A stretch of 64,000 bases of DNA from Bispira polyomma (lineage: Eukaryota): assembly GCA_965649765.1 (NCBI GenBank), contig OZ287748.1, forward strand, positions 105,090,001 through 105,154,000, given 5' to 3'. Both the position numbers and the translations under genes were made by a program. Of this stretch, positions 27,639 through 39,720 are shown piece after piece. Within the stretch, counting starts at the first letter, position 1; the number at the start of each line of letters is the position of its first letter. The notes under the pieces are model-generated. The model was given only the letters and a program-made list of their open reading frames with translations. It made no database searches and was not told the origin of the DNA.

Positions 27639-28640
27639 TGTTTTGGTTAAACTTGGTCTACATGGATGTTTGGGTAGCTATTATCAATATATATGTATGT
27701 ATAACTCTTTTAAAGTAACCACACTTTCGTGTGTACTAGTGCTTTATCCATAGTGTACCCACACATGTCAGTTTGTCAGTACGATTTTGTCATTATGGCC
27801 ACATACATACTTTCATGCATAATCCACTCATGTCGATATTTGACATTTCAGACAAGTCAACACAATTTCCTATGATGAGATCTTGAATAAACAGATTAAA
27901 ATATAATTGTTGGATAGAAGAAACATTGTACCTCCCTGCATTATCACTGAAATTATTACATTGTACAAGTCAATACAATTGCTCACCTTTCATCCTCAAG
28001 TGTATGTCTTCAGTTTTTCTGTTACTGGAGCTAGTTTACTGCAGTGTTAGTGGTTTTGAAAACTTAACAAAACCAGATGGCAATGAGCTCTGCATAAACT
28101 TCAATACCAAAATGCATTGCCAGTGGCATTTCTTTAGTACTTTAGTAGCTTCACTGTAACTTATAGTATTATAAAATTTTAAATTGCATTTTTATTATTA
28201 GAGATTCCACGTTTGTAAATCAAATCATTCATTATGCCGATAGACACGTTAATTGTCAGGTAATTGTGTTCATAAGATCCCAAACATGAACGACAAATCA
28301 GACCCTTTTATTAGTTAGCAGTTAGGTAAGTCACTGAAAGAAATATTAAAAAGCAATATAATAGTAAATATGCAATACACTTTCTATATGTTAAATATGG
28401 TTGTAAAAATCAATATTAATTACTTCTTTAATTCCCAATGCGCTCCTACATATTGTCATGATATAGTTCATATTATGACATGTGTTCCTACCAGATTAAC
28501 CATGAGGATGGGGTATGTACAACAGGGAATTTTGATGATGGGGAGTGTAGAGATAATAAAATATTGGCGAAGTATCTAGCAATGAACCAAATTCGGAGAA
28601 ACTTAGATTCAAACTAATTCAGCGAGCTTGCAGTGTGGTA

Positions 28641-28846
28641 TGCGGGGTAGACCCGCAGGGGATAGCTAGTTCAGTGCTACCAGAATTTTCCTTAACTTAC
28701 CTCCCTGGGGTCATAACCTTTAACCTCCCTTATAATTCGCCAGTTTGTACCTAGTGACCCCAGCTTTCCCGCCTTTTTTGCAGATCTATCACTTTTTACA
28801 TTGAAGTCAATCCGGCAACAACGCCATCTTAAATATTTTACTTTTT
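28641..28846 (+). repeat. Split direct repeat A1 (A2 at 34313-34518)
   Basis: About 206 bp near-identical copies starting with the hairpin TGCGGG-GTAGA-CCCGCA. Confidence 0.95.
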
Positions 28847-29149
28847 AATTTTAAGCTGTGATATTTTTATACGATTTCTTTTATTTTGTGTGTGGTGAAA
28901 TGGAAGGATACTTTAACTGACTCACCTCACTGTTGTGCATAATAACCAAGGATTCACGGACTGCTTGTTGCTGTGTTTAAGTTTTAACTCACACTCTTGA
29001 GTCGTGCGAATATACTGCTCGTGGAGCGCTTTTAAAGGAACGTATCAAATCATTCTAATCACAAGTTTTACCATTTGAATCAAATTGCAGTTATTCCTAG
29101 CATATACGCAGGTATCAAGACACCGAGTTACTATATTTGTTTAGAGGCT

Positions 29150-30133
29150 ATGGCCCCAAGAAAACTGTATGAGTGCCAGAAATGTGGTACTAGTCATGTC
29201 AAACCAATAAATGAAGACTGTTCTCGCATTGCCGAGGAGGAGACTGAGGATGCTGATACTGATACTGAAACGCAGAACTCTATTCAGTGACGGTGTGGCT
29301 TCTGCCGATATTAATGTGGAAATTTTAAAAGAACTGAGAGCCCTTAGTGGACGCATAACGTTAGTCGAGCAGAAAGTCGATCACGGCGAACATAGAGTCC
29401 AGTTTTCGAGGGCAACCTCAAGTCTGGAGGTTCCTGTCCAGACGCCCCAGACGCAGTTAGATGAACTACTGGTACCTACACTCCAGACTCTAAGAACTTC
29501 CCAGTCCCTCCAGACAGCAGTGGACTCCAGATTGAAGGAACTCGTCGCAATAAATGAGTCAGGTACATGTAAATCCCAGCGTTGGGGAACAGAAACAGTA
29601 TGGGTCAAAAACAAAATTTCTTGGCCACAAAGCTACATCCTGGGGGGACAAAACAAATCATGTGTTTCCTATGACTCTCTCTTAATGGCGCAATGGGTGG
29701 CTGGTTTTGCCAGCATAGCCAGGGAAAAAACAAACATTGATACTAAAAACCATATGCTTGAATACCTGGCACATCTAATGGAAGACTCACATGACTTTTC
29801 TTGGGCTGCTACTAAGGGCAGCCATGCTGTTTTGTTATGCAAAATGGAGGAGGGAAAAGTGTCTTGGGGGGACTCCCATAAGTTACATCGCATTCGAAGG
29901 GCCCATGCCCAAAAAGTTATCACTCAAAATTACAATAATAGTAGCAATCCCAAGAAAAGTCATGACAAAGCCGTTTCATGCAGGTATTACCAGAAAGGCA
30001 CTTGCCCCCAGAAAGGGGAACATGAAACAAGGGGGGTCACATATAGCCATGTATATAGTGAATGTTTTAAGACAGGCGCTCCTACCCACATCCCAGCAAG
30101 GACTGCCGAAAGAATCCCACAAAAAACGAGTGA
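29150..30133 (+). pseudogene. gag-like ORF1 of copy A (two frameshifts)
   Basis: MAPRKLYECQKCGTSHVKPINEDC start; WPQSYI, QWVAGF, SHAVLLCKMEEG core; CRYYQKGTC..H..SH..SEC finger, completed by YPHPSKDC..KNE-TGA after a 1-nt shift near 30076. Confidence 0.85.
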
Positions 30134-30155
30134 GGCACTGCAGTAATGCAGTGCC
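30121..30155 (+). promoter_or_regulatory. -1 programmed ribosomal frameshift signal (gag to pol)
   Basis: A AAA AAC slippery heptamer at 30121-30127, 6-nt spacer, perfect 9-bp stem GGCACTGCA-GTAA-TGCAGTGCC; the -1 frame is the long ORF 29791-30912. Confidence 0.8.
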
Positions 30156-32499
30156 AACTCGCAGATCTTCTAAAGCACAACTAAGTGGTAATAAGGGTGT
30201 AAATAATGTACAGGGTTTTGATTCTAGAATTGTATATAACAGTAGTCATGTTCTGCATGGCAGTGCTTGCTGGAGGATGGATTGGGCTAAATGTCAAAAC
30301 AAGTCATATGCTGATGTACTTAAAAGCTTGTGTCTCTCCAGTTGTGCTATCAAGAATAAAAATCCATGTAATGTCAAAGTTGTAAAAATGTACAGTGATA
30401 GTCAGTTGCCCCAGGTGGGGTCATATGTGTATAAAAACAAAGTTTCAGGTATTGCATGTCATGACCTCCGTGCAAGGTTGCACACAAAAGCCAACAGCTG
30501 TGTCAACAAACCTAGATTTAAAAACCCTAGCCTCATGGACAAACCACTAGTGTCACCAAAACCTAAAAACAACACTCGCTATGTCAACAACCCACAATGG
30601 GTTCTTCCCACTTCTAAAAAATTCACACCTCTAGAGGACAATGGTCCAACTGTTAGTAGCTGGGCCAGTGATATCACTGACAAAACTCAATGTACTGACA
30701 CACACGTAGTCTCACAAAGTATCCAAGCTAAAAGTAGTGTAAATAGTCAGAGACAGGTAAACGCAGACAAATATGACTTGGAATTACAAGTGAAATCCAA
30801 GAGTAGGGATCTCATTAAGCAAGCACGTGAGGTACCTCAGTTCCAGCAGTGGGACGCCCAGAACACAGATAAGTATGGTTTCATTTCGTTAAGCAAACTT
30901 CGTCTTCCTTAAACAGATAAGCGAATTCGTTCAGAGGAAACATTGTTGAAATTATATAGTGTGATCAAAGACCATACTTAGTGGATTATTGGGACAAGCA
31001 GTTACCACTGTTAATACGCTATGGTTTTCCGCTTGATTTCCAATGTGACAGTAAACTCTCCCACAAGGAGCAAAATCATCAATCCGCAGTTCAGTATCCG
31101 GATGACGTCAAGGCGTACTTGGCCGAAGAAACACAACTAGGTGCTATGCTATGCCCTTTTGAACATATTCCAATTGACAACCTTCACATTTTTTATGACT
31201 AGGGAGAAACCTGAGGGGCTCATAGACGAGTCATAATCGACTTGAGTTTTCCTCACGGGGAGTCAGTAAACTCAGCAGTGGCCAAAGACAAATATTTAGA
31301 CACCTCTTTTGCTCTCACTCTTCCCACTATTGATACCATTACCAATAAAATCTCACGCCTAGGTTGTGGTACCTTACTATATAAAATTGACGTCAGTCGA
31401 GCGTTCCATCACGTAAAGATGGACCCGCCTGACTACAACCTGTTAGGACTTAAACTTGAGCACTATTATGTAGATTCCTGCCTGCCGTTCGGTTTTCGGC
31501 ACGGAAGTGCCATATTTCAATGCCTCAGCGATGCCGTTAGATATATTATGAAAAATCACGGCCATGACATCACAAATTACATCGACGACGTAATCAGGTA
31601 CGGTGATGTCATAGAAAGTGAGTGTTCATTCAAAATTTTGTATAACCTTCTACACGAGTTTGGCTTTGCCCTGAGTGAGAAAAAAACTTGTACAGCCTAG
31701 CACAGCAGTTATTTGCCTCGGGGTGTTAGTTGATACAGTTGAGTTAACAGTCTCTTTACCTGAGGAAAAACTTACCAAAAGTAATGTTCTAGTTAAAGAA
31801 TGGCATCACAAAAATACCTGCACAAAGCGAGAACTCCAATCCTTTCTAGGCAAACTGCTATACATTTCCAAATGTGTGAGGGTTTCCTGGGTATTTCTCA
31901 ATCACATGCTTGACGTGCTGAGGTCTGCAGGGGCAAATCAAAAAGTTGAGCTTATCCCCGAGTTCCACCAGGATGTAAACTGGTTTAAGCAATTTTTACC
32001 TAAATTCAATGGTAAGGCCTTCTTTGAACATGATCCAAACACCGATTGCATACAATTGGATGCCTGCTTACAAGGGATGGGGGGTCGTTGCAACAACGAC
32101 ATGTATGAATTTCAGATTCCCTTGGGTTACCTTAATATGACAATAGTACATTTAGAAATGCTTAACATTTTGGTGGCCATCAGACTCTGGAAATCAACCT
32201 GGCGGGGCAAACGTTTAATACTGCAATGTGATAATGCAGCAGTGGTCACCATTTTAAATTCAGGAAAGACCAAAGACTTGACCCTGGCAGCAATTGCCCG
32301 TAATATTTTTATGAAAGTGGCCTCGGTTGATATTAGTCTCAAAACTATGCACATTTTGGGCAGACTGAATACAGTGGCTGACCTCTTGTCGAGATGGCAC
32401 CTTACAGTAGATAGTGACAAAAAATTATCAGAAATACTACCTAATTCAAAGTAGGCAAAAATTAAGCCACACATGCTAGAAATAGACTGGTCTATTTAA
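30121..32499 (+). pseudogene. pol (long N-terminal extension, RT, RNase H) of copy A
   Basis: YGFPLDF, DLSFPHGESVN, KIDVSRAF, CLPFGFRHGS, NYIDD, LDACLQGMGG, IVHLEMLN, CDN, ADLLSRW; ends EIDWSI-TAA at 32497-32499. Confidence 0.93.
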
Positions 32500-32506
32500 T
32501 TTACAG

Positions 32507-33495
32507 ATGTACCCTCTCAGTTAAGAAAGATAACCACTCAAGTTGCAAACAGAACTCACCAGGCTTTCAGACCAGCCACTGAGAGGGCTTATACAAACAT
32601 GTTTAGGATTTTCCTAGCCTTCTGCAGTTTTGCTCAGGTCAGACCTCAGCTTATTACCCCCTCAATTATTCTTTCATTTCTAGAAGTTCTAGCAGTCAAC
32701 CAAGTTTTCACTCCTTCCATAGCAAATTATCTCTCTGCAGTTAAAGCCAAAATGGCCTTATATGGCCTTGATGTCACTTTTTTTAGATCCCAAAATTAAG
32801 TACTACCAGAAGGCCTTAGTCCTTAATAGCCCCTTCAGGGCAAAAATTAAAACAGTCATTGATATACCACTTCTTCAGCAAATGATTCAAATATGTGACA
32901 GCATGTACATGGGACTAAATTTTAAAGCCCTGTATCTCATAGCTTTTTTCTCATTTCTCAGAATATCAAACCTAGTACCCCATTCTGCTGCACAGTTCTC
33001 CCCTCTAGTTCAGCTGGCCAGGGGGACGTGCTATTTGCTCCTCCTGGCCTTCACATTACCATTAAATGGTCTAAAACCCTTCAGTCAAAAAATGTTATCA
33101 AAGTATTAAAAATTCCTACCCTGAATGGGTCCCCTTTGTGTCCGGTGGCAGCCACTAGGATCTTACTAGCAGTTACACCGGGGCATAAAAACTCCCCTCT
33201 CTTTCAAATCAAAAAAAATCAGAAATAGTATCCCATGATTGATACCCAGGTCAGAAAAAACCTTACCTCAATACTCCCCCAATTGGGTCTCCAACAATCT
33301 GCTATATCCTTCCACACCTTCCGTCGTTCAGGTGTCACCCTGGCTTTTAATAGTAATGTACCAATTCAAGACATACAGAGTCATGGCACCTGGACGTCGG
33401 ACTGTGTGTGGAAGTATATCGTTCAGGACCACAATGCCTCTGAGCAGGTGGCCCTCTCCTTCAAGGCCCTACTTTCTAAACCCACTACCTCCTAA
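32507..33495 (+). pseudogene. Tyrosine recombinase of copy A
   Basis: AFRPAT..AY, NYLSAVK, AFFSFLRISNL, KWSKT, LCPV, FHTFRRSG, HGTWTSDCVWKY (catalytic R-H-R-Y). Confidence 0.93.
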
Positions 33496-33499
33496 TTGG

Positions 33500-34287
33500 G
33501 CTTTAGGGCTTTATATACATACTTTTACATTATTAATATATACTTAAATGTTAAATATAAATATTTTGGGCCACCTTAACACCTTATTTAATCTTAAATC
33601 TTTTATATACAGTTATTATATTTCCTTTGGCAACCTTAAAGAAAACCTAAGGTTACCTCATAATTAAAATTCAAATCTAACCCCAACTTTATGTTAGGGC
33701 TAACCTTAAATTCATTAACTTAAACTCAATTTTAGGTAACCCTAACTTCAAGCTAGGATTACCCTAAACTCAAAATTCTTCTTCACCTTAACCTGGAAAC
33801 TTTCAGGCTAAGGTCACCTTAACTCAAATTTTAAAAACCTTCCTCGTGCTTAGGTGGCCCTAAACTCAGTGTGTAAATAAATATTAGATATAACATAGAA
33901 GCATTATAAAGAAGTGCGCATACAACACAAAAGCCGTCAGTGCGCAATTCGTAACCGTACTTTATCTGGGAGAATAGATCACGGATAAATAGTTCCGTCA
34001 GTAGCTACAAAAATAGTTCACAGTAAGTTGGAAATTATCTTAGTATTTGCTCAAAAATATACTGTTGCCAGTTTTATAATAGAAATAAAGTACACGGGCT
34101 TGTACTTTATTGGCGAATCAAGGACAGCCTTTCGGCATAATGGACGAGGGCCGGTAGGCCCTTGTCCATTATTCCGCCGTAAGTCAGTCCTTGATTCACC
34201 AATAAAGTACTGGCCCTTAAACTTTATTTCTACATTAAGCTAATATCCCGAACTCTGCCTTTTTTACTTACCTGTGTTACATCATAG
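33500..34287 (+). repeat. Split direct repeat B1 (B2 at about 35925-36301), interrupted by an insertion
   Basis: CATACTTTTACATTATT...CTTACCTGTGTTACATCATAG present twice; B2 has small deletions. Confidence 0.93.
33907..34237. mobile_element. Insertion of about 330 bp in B1 ending in a hairpin of about 155 nt
   Basis: Absent from B2; CATTA on both sides; palindrome at about 34080-34232 centred on GGGCC-GGTA-GGCCC. Confidence 0.8.
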
Positions 34288-35417
34288 TTCAACTTCTCTT
34301 GGTAGGGCACTGTGCGGGGTAGACCCGCAGGGGATAGCTAGTTCAGTGCTACCAGTATTTTCCTTAATTTACCTCCCTGGAGTCATAACCTTTAAACTCT
34401 CTTATAATTCGCCAGTTTGTACCTAGTGACCCCAGCTTTCCCGCCTTTTCTGCAGATTTATCACTTTTTACATTGAAGTCAAACCGGCAACAACGCCATC
34501 TTAAATATTTTACTTTTTCCCACCCTCTTCCCCTACTACTTCCTCTGCAGTTTTTAGCTATTCGTACATCCGTTAAAGCGCTTGCTGCTGTCCCTGGAGT
34601 CCCTTAAGTCTCCCTTTACACCTTGGCACAGGGGTGGGGGCTGGAAGTTATGGGCCCTGAGTTATGCATTACTGCTGGCTTTCATGGTTCCTGGCCCTTG
34701 GGCGTTTTCTGGGACCCCAGGTGACCTGTCTCCCTTCTAATCTGGGTAACACCAGGGCCCCTATGGGGCCACACTTTCTTTTAGGTAGCTGATTGCTGCT
34801 GAGATTGCGACCCCTCAGTTTTCAACAATTGTACTTTACTTTATTTTTAGGGTAAAATCCCCTTATGTGTGTATTACATTAAATGTACTTTAATAATGTT
34901 GTTTTCTTGTCACGTAAGGGCGTGACGTGTTATAGTAATAGTATGTGAATTTTTGTATGTGGATAGCAGGCATTTGGAGGCTTGACGCGCTATCACCAGA
35001 TGTTGGTGTGTTTAAATAGTACAAGTATAAAGTAATATAAATCAACTTTGTGATTTCATGTATAATGTGTGTAATGCGCAACCTTAGTGTTGTAGCTAGT
35101 GTAGTGTCAAGTATATATTATAGATATCATGCAATTGCATGTCATGTAACCATAAACAAGTGTTTAACGTTGAATATGTAGTTTCAGGAGCATGGGACAC
35201 ATGATTCAGCCGTCGTGGTCAAGCAACTCTCTTCTCTGCACAGCACGGACTCACTCCTGAAAAGCAACAGCAACTCGATTTGCATTTTATGTCTGTATGC
35301 ATGTTTTCCTCAGATCATGGTTATTGTATGTGCTAGGGGTGTAAGGTGTAATTTGTTAGCGACTCTTGGACTTTATTGTGAATGCTTTTAGTATTTTAGC
35401 TAGTCACCATGGTCTTA

Positions 35418-35901
35418 TGCCCTGGTCCCACCGGATATACGTTAGGTTAGGTTAGTCACGCAAGGGCTGAGTAAATATTTGCTGCAAAAGTTGATGCAAA
35501 ACCCAAATATATTGCTTTTGTTCACGTGAAAGGCGTCAACAGATGTTAAAATTCATGTATTAGTACATCAAAAGCTGTCAAGTCTCGCATGGGATGCATA
35601 AGTTCACATCAAAGTACGTATTTCAATCCCTGTATGACATGTATGAGTACGCAAATACACGTAAAATGACGTCATAATGACGCACATGTACACACTGTGA
35701 CGCATATCCACGTTTTAGTACGTCATACTTTTGCATCTCTTGCCTGTCCAAATTTCAAACAGTTTGAAATCATAAATTTCTTGTGTGTCATCTCTCACGT
35801 CAGGTTATGTATGTTTATGTATATTACGTCAGCTCCCACAAATCCTACGCAAATTGATTTTTGTAACGACTGGTTGTGTGATGGCCGGTGGGACCAGGGT
35901 A
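35418..35901. mobile_element. MITE with 15-bp perfect TIRs
   Basis: CCCTGGTCCCACCGG (35420-35434) and CCGGTGGGACCAGGG (35885-35899). Confidence 0.75.
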
Positions 35902-37149
35902 TTAAATTCAATTTTACCCTTTTTTGGGACTTTATTTACATACTTTTACATTATTATTATATACTTAAATGTTAAATATAAATAGTTTGGGCCACCCTAA
36001 CACCTTATTTAATCTTAAATCTTTTATATACAGTTAATATATTTCCTTTGGCAACCTTAAAGAAAACCTAAGGTTACCTCATAATCAAAATTCAAATCTA
36101 ACCCTAACTTTATGTTAGGGCTAACCTAAAATTCATTAACTTAAGCTAGGGTTACCCTAAACTCAAAGGTCACCTGAACTCTCAAATTTTAAAAACTTTC
36201 CTCGTGCTAAGGTGGCCCTAAAAAAATATTAGATATAACATAGAAGCATTAAACTAATATCCCCAACTCTGCTTTTTTTACTTACCTGTGTTACATCATA
36301 GGTATTTCTGAAAACCTCCGACATATGCATTGGATCTGAACTGTAGAATTACAAGTATTGTCCTCTATTTAAACCTTAATAGACAAGACATAATTAAATT
36401 CCGTGTTTGGTAAAACAAATGTTTATCTTTCAACATTGCAAATTCCTTTACGCTCTATGTGGCTACAAATAAATCATAATTAAAATATAGGAACTTGGTT
36501 AAGGTTCAAATTACCCGGTTTCACCTGCAGAAAGTTCAAATAGATAATTTTGTGTTATAATAAATTAGTTACATTCTATACTATATCTATGTATATATGT
36601 GTGATTCTTATAAAAGAACGATGATCTTGCTGTGAACAATATATTACATGTAAATATATTTAATGTCATTTTATAATTTTCAAGTTAGAGACTATGAAAT
36701 CTATGTTTTTGATATCTTATTAACAGTCATATCAATATTGTATCCAATTGATCACTTCACTACTATTTCAAGCATGCCTAGAGGTTACAACCCACGGGTC
36801 TTAATGAGTAGTTGGTTTTTGAACTATCGAATAAATTTAATAATAAAATTTGGTTTACTAGGAAGGTATAGGTACGAGGTGCATCATGCATCAGATGAAA
36901 TTGGGAATTGACCACTTTATGATTTGCAACTTAAAGTTGAATTAGATAATTAGATAACACCATAATGCCCACAATACTATGGTATCTGAGTGCATCATGA
37001 TGTTAAGTAATTAAAATAGAACTATCACTACATGTGTTATTAGACTATCAGGTTGAACTTTAAATTGTAATTTACAAATTCTCCCAAAGGCCATTCTCAG
37101 TGATTACTTTATAAGTGGAACTATGATTACTGGAAAAGTTATGGCTACG

Positions 37150-38180
37150 TTGCTAGCTAAAGTGGATGAAGGTAGTGCCAGATACTGTCACTCCTCCAGC
37201 CAACATGCTTGTAACATGGACGATAATATTGTGATTGAATACGAATATCGTGGCCGATTGATGAAAGGCATGAAAGCGAAAGGATCTAGTATCTAGTCCC
37301 ATTTTTTTTTTAGAAAATAGCAGATAAAGTTTGCGGAACTCAAAAGGAGGGGAGACATATCTTGTTTCCATGCAATCCAAAAAGGGGTATCTCAGCAGAT
37401 AATTTTTGGTGTGGAATAAGAACTTTCAAAGCAGTTACTGGGCACAATTTATTGCCCGGTAGCCAATGAATTTTAACGATGTGATGTTGGCCAGAGCATT
37501 GCATAGCTTTGTGGCACTTTTGAATCAGATGAGCCCTAGGGATTGGCCACAGGACATCCGAGACAGTAAAGTGACAAGTGATGTGGAATTGGCTCTGAGA
37601 ATGGGGAACTAAGTTTGAAAGGCGAAAGAAGCCAAAATATGCAGTGAGGAATAGTGCTGTATAATCATACCCATCAGGAAAATTATCTCATTGCTGTAAA
37701 ATCCTTATATGAGGACATTGTATGTGACATGTTATGCAAGTCATAATGTAGACTGAAAGTCCAGTTGTTTTGCTCAGGCCACATTTTCATTGTATGCAAT
37801 ATAACAGTATCCCATACACTGTCACTAAGATGACTGTATTCTAAGAGAATCCCACACACTGTCATTAAGATGACTTGTATTATATGCAGATGCATCATGA
37901 ATAAAAACTTGACCGAGGGGTCAACCCACTGTTGTCGCAGCTGTTATAGTTTACGTGTCACTGTAAAATTTTATTCTGGGATTTTGTTCATCAAGAATGT
38001 TAAAAGTAAGTTTAAAATTACTTTGTGCAAAAGTTTTGAGGCTGCGTGTGCTGTTGCTGTGCGGTTCGTGTAAATGTGCATTAAAGTCTGAACATTGTTT
38101 TGAATTCACATAAATTTGACATAAGTTAACCATAAATACATCCAACACCATTTTCAGCTGTAAAGCTGAAAATGCCATTT
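37150..38180 (-). pseudogene. Ngaro-type remnant: YR fragment joined to upstream pol-leader sequence
   Basis: Minus strand AYFGFFRLSNLVPHS and FRFHAFHQSA..FVFNHNI; 37703-37883 matches 2060-2245. Confidence 0.75.
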
Positions 38181-39339
38181 TGAGGACGTATGTCCCTAAT
38201 TTGGTAAGTATGAAACTTTATTAAATTAGAACACTGCGAGTGTTTATAGCAGTACCTCTAGGCAGAGTACCGTTATATTTTCTAATATAAAATCGATCTT
38301 CTGACTTTGTAGGTTTTATTTATGTACGTGACTTGTCCCTATTTTTGACCCACAGTAGCACTCAGATGGGTAAAATCTATCTTGGTAGCCACAGGTTAAT
38401 TTTGATATGTGTTGATATGTGTAGGCAGGGGAGAAGCCAGTATTTTTTATCTGGTACTCCCAAATTAAACCAATATATTAGGTTCTTTTTTTGTCCTGCC
38501 AAAAATTAAATTCGTGGGGGGGGGGGGGGGGGGGGGGGGGGGGTCAGTAATATAATATTGTGGTTTAATTGGGGAATACCAAATAAACTGTTACTTAACA
38601 ACAAGAATCTATGTTACTAATAACTGGCGTTAATGGTAGCTACGGCCCTGTTAGGAATTTCATTGTTTTTAGTGTGATTTGAACCAAAGGAACATGTGTT
38701 ATTGTTAAACTCTGCACAATTAACCTGCTTCCTAGATTTGTTAGTGGATTTGGGGCCATTGGTGTTGGCCTGCGTGGCCAATGTGCGCTGTGTACACCAG
38801 GTCTGGATTTTGTCAACCGCTTGGGAATATTTTCACTCACATTTGCACCTTTCCATATTTTGTAGCAGTACACTGTGAGCCTGTTTGACCAGGTAGTTTC
38901 GAGCATCCTTCATTAATAATTGCATGTACTCAATCATGTTTTTCTTTATTGAGCATTAGATTCCTCTTGAACTGACCCCAAGTATCCGAACATGAAAAGC
39001 AACTGTTCCACAAGTCAGACTTTTTTCAGAAGCGCCGAATAACTTAAATTGTGTGGCCATAATATCTCAACTTTTTTTTTACTTTCACCCCCTTATCAAG
39101 CCTGACTCGCAGGTTTTACCTGAGATTTCTCTCTCCAGTCTTCTCAGACGTTTCAGTTGACGCCGCACTTGTTGCTGTATAAGAATTGTCTTTTAATTGC
39201 TGTTCGTCACACCATTGATAAATCACTCGACGTATCCCCTAACACTAAAACTATCTTTTGAGAACCATTAAATTGTCGAGAACAGTGGTGAGATTTCTTT
39301 GGTGAACTGTGGGAAATCCTATTTAACATAGAATGATAA

Positions 39340-39720
39340 ATTAAAAATTTTAATCAGTAAATTAAATTTTTATTAACTAATACACTTACTTGGCAGACGT
39401 TAGCTATACGTAGGCAAATGCCGGTCCACGCTAAACACAGAAAAAGTGTCCCGGGCCAAACCCCGGTCGGACCAGCACTGGTTCCTAAATCACCCGCCAG
39501 CAGGGGGTGGCGCATGGGCACGCTTGTCCTATATTCCTCATCTTATCGCTTTGGTCCACCTACTTAATATAATAATTTCCCCTTGTATATTGAATAAGCG
39601 GGGTAGGTAGGGTGGGACTCCCCTGTCTGCCAGGTAAGTATATTAGTTAATAAAAATTTAATTTACTAATTAAAATTTCTATTTTATTACCAAATATGTA
39701 CTTACCCAGCAGACATTAGT
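39340..39720 (-). repeat. DIRS right ITR end and internal complementary region
   Basis: 39345-39398 is the inverted copy of 39625-39678; 39682-39714 is a second related half, as expected for the bipartite ICR. Confidence 0.8.

Larger units (their letters stand above)
28641..36301 (+). mobile_element. Structurally complete Ngaro-type YR retrotransposon (copy A) with split direct repeats A1-ORFs-B1-A2-B2
   Basis: A1 28641-28846 matches A2 34313-34518; B1 about 33500-34287 matches B2 about 35925-36301; gag, RT/RNH and YR lie between A1 and B1. Confidence 0.93.
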
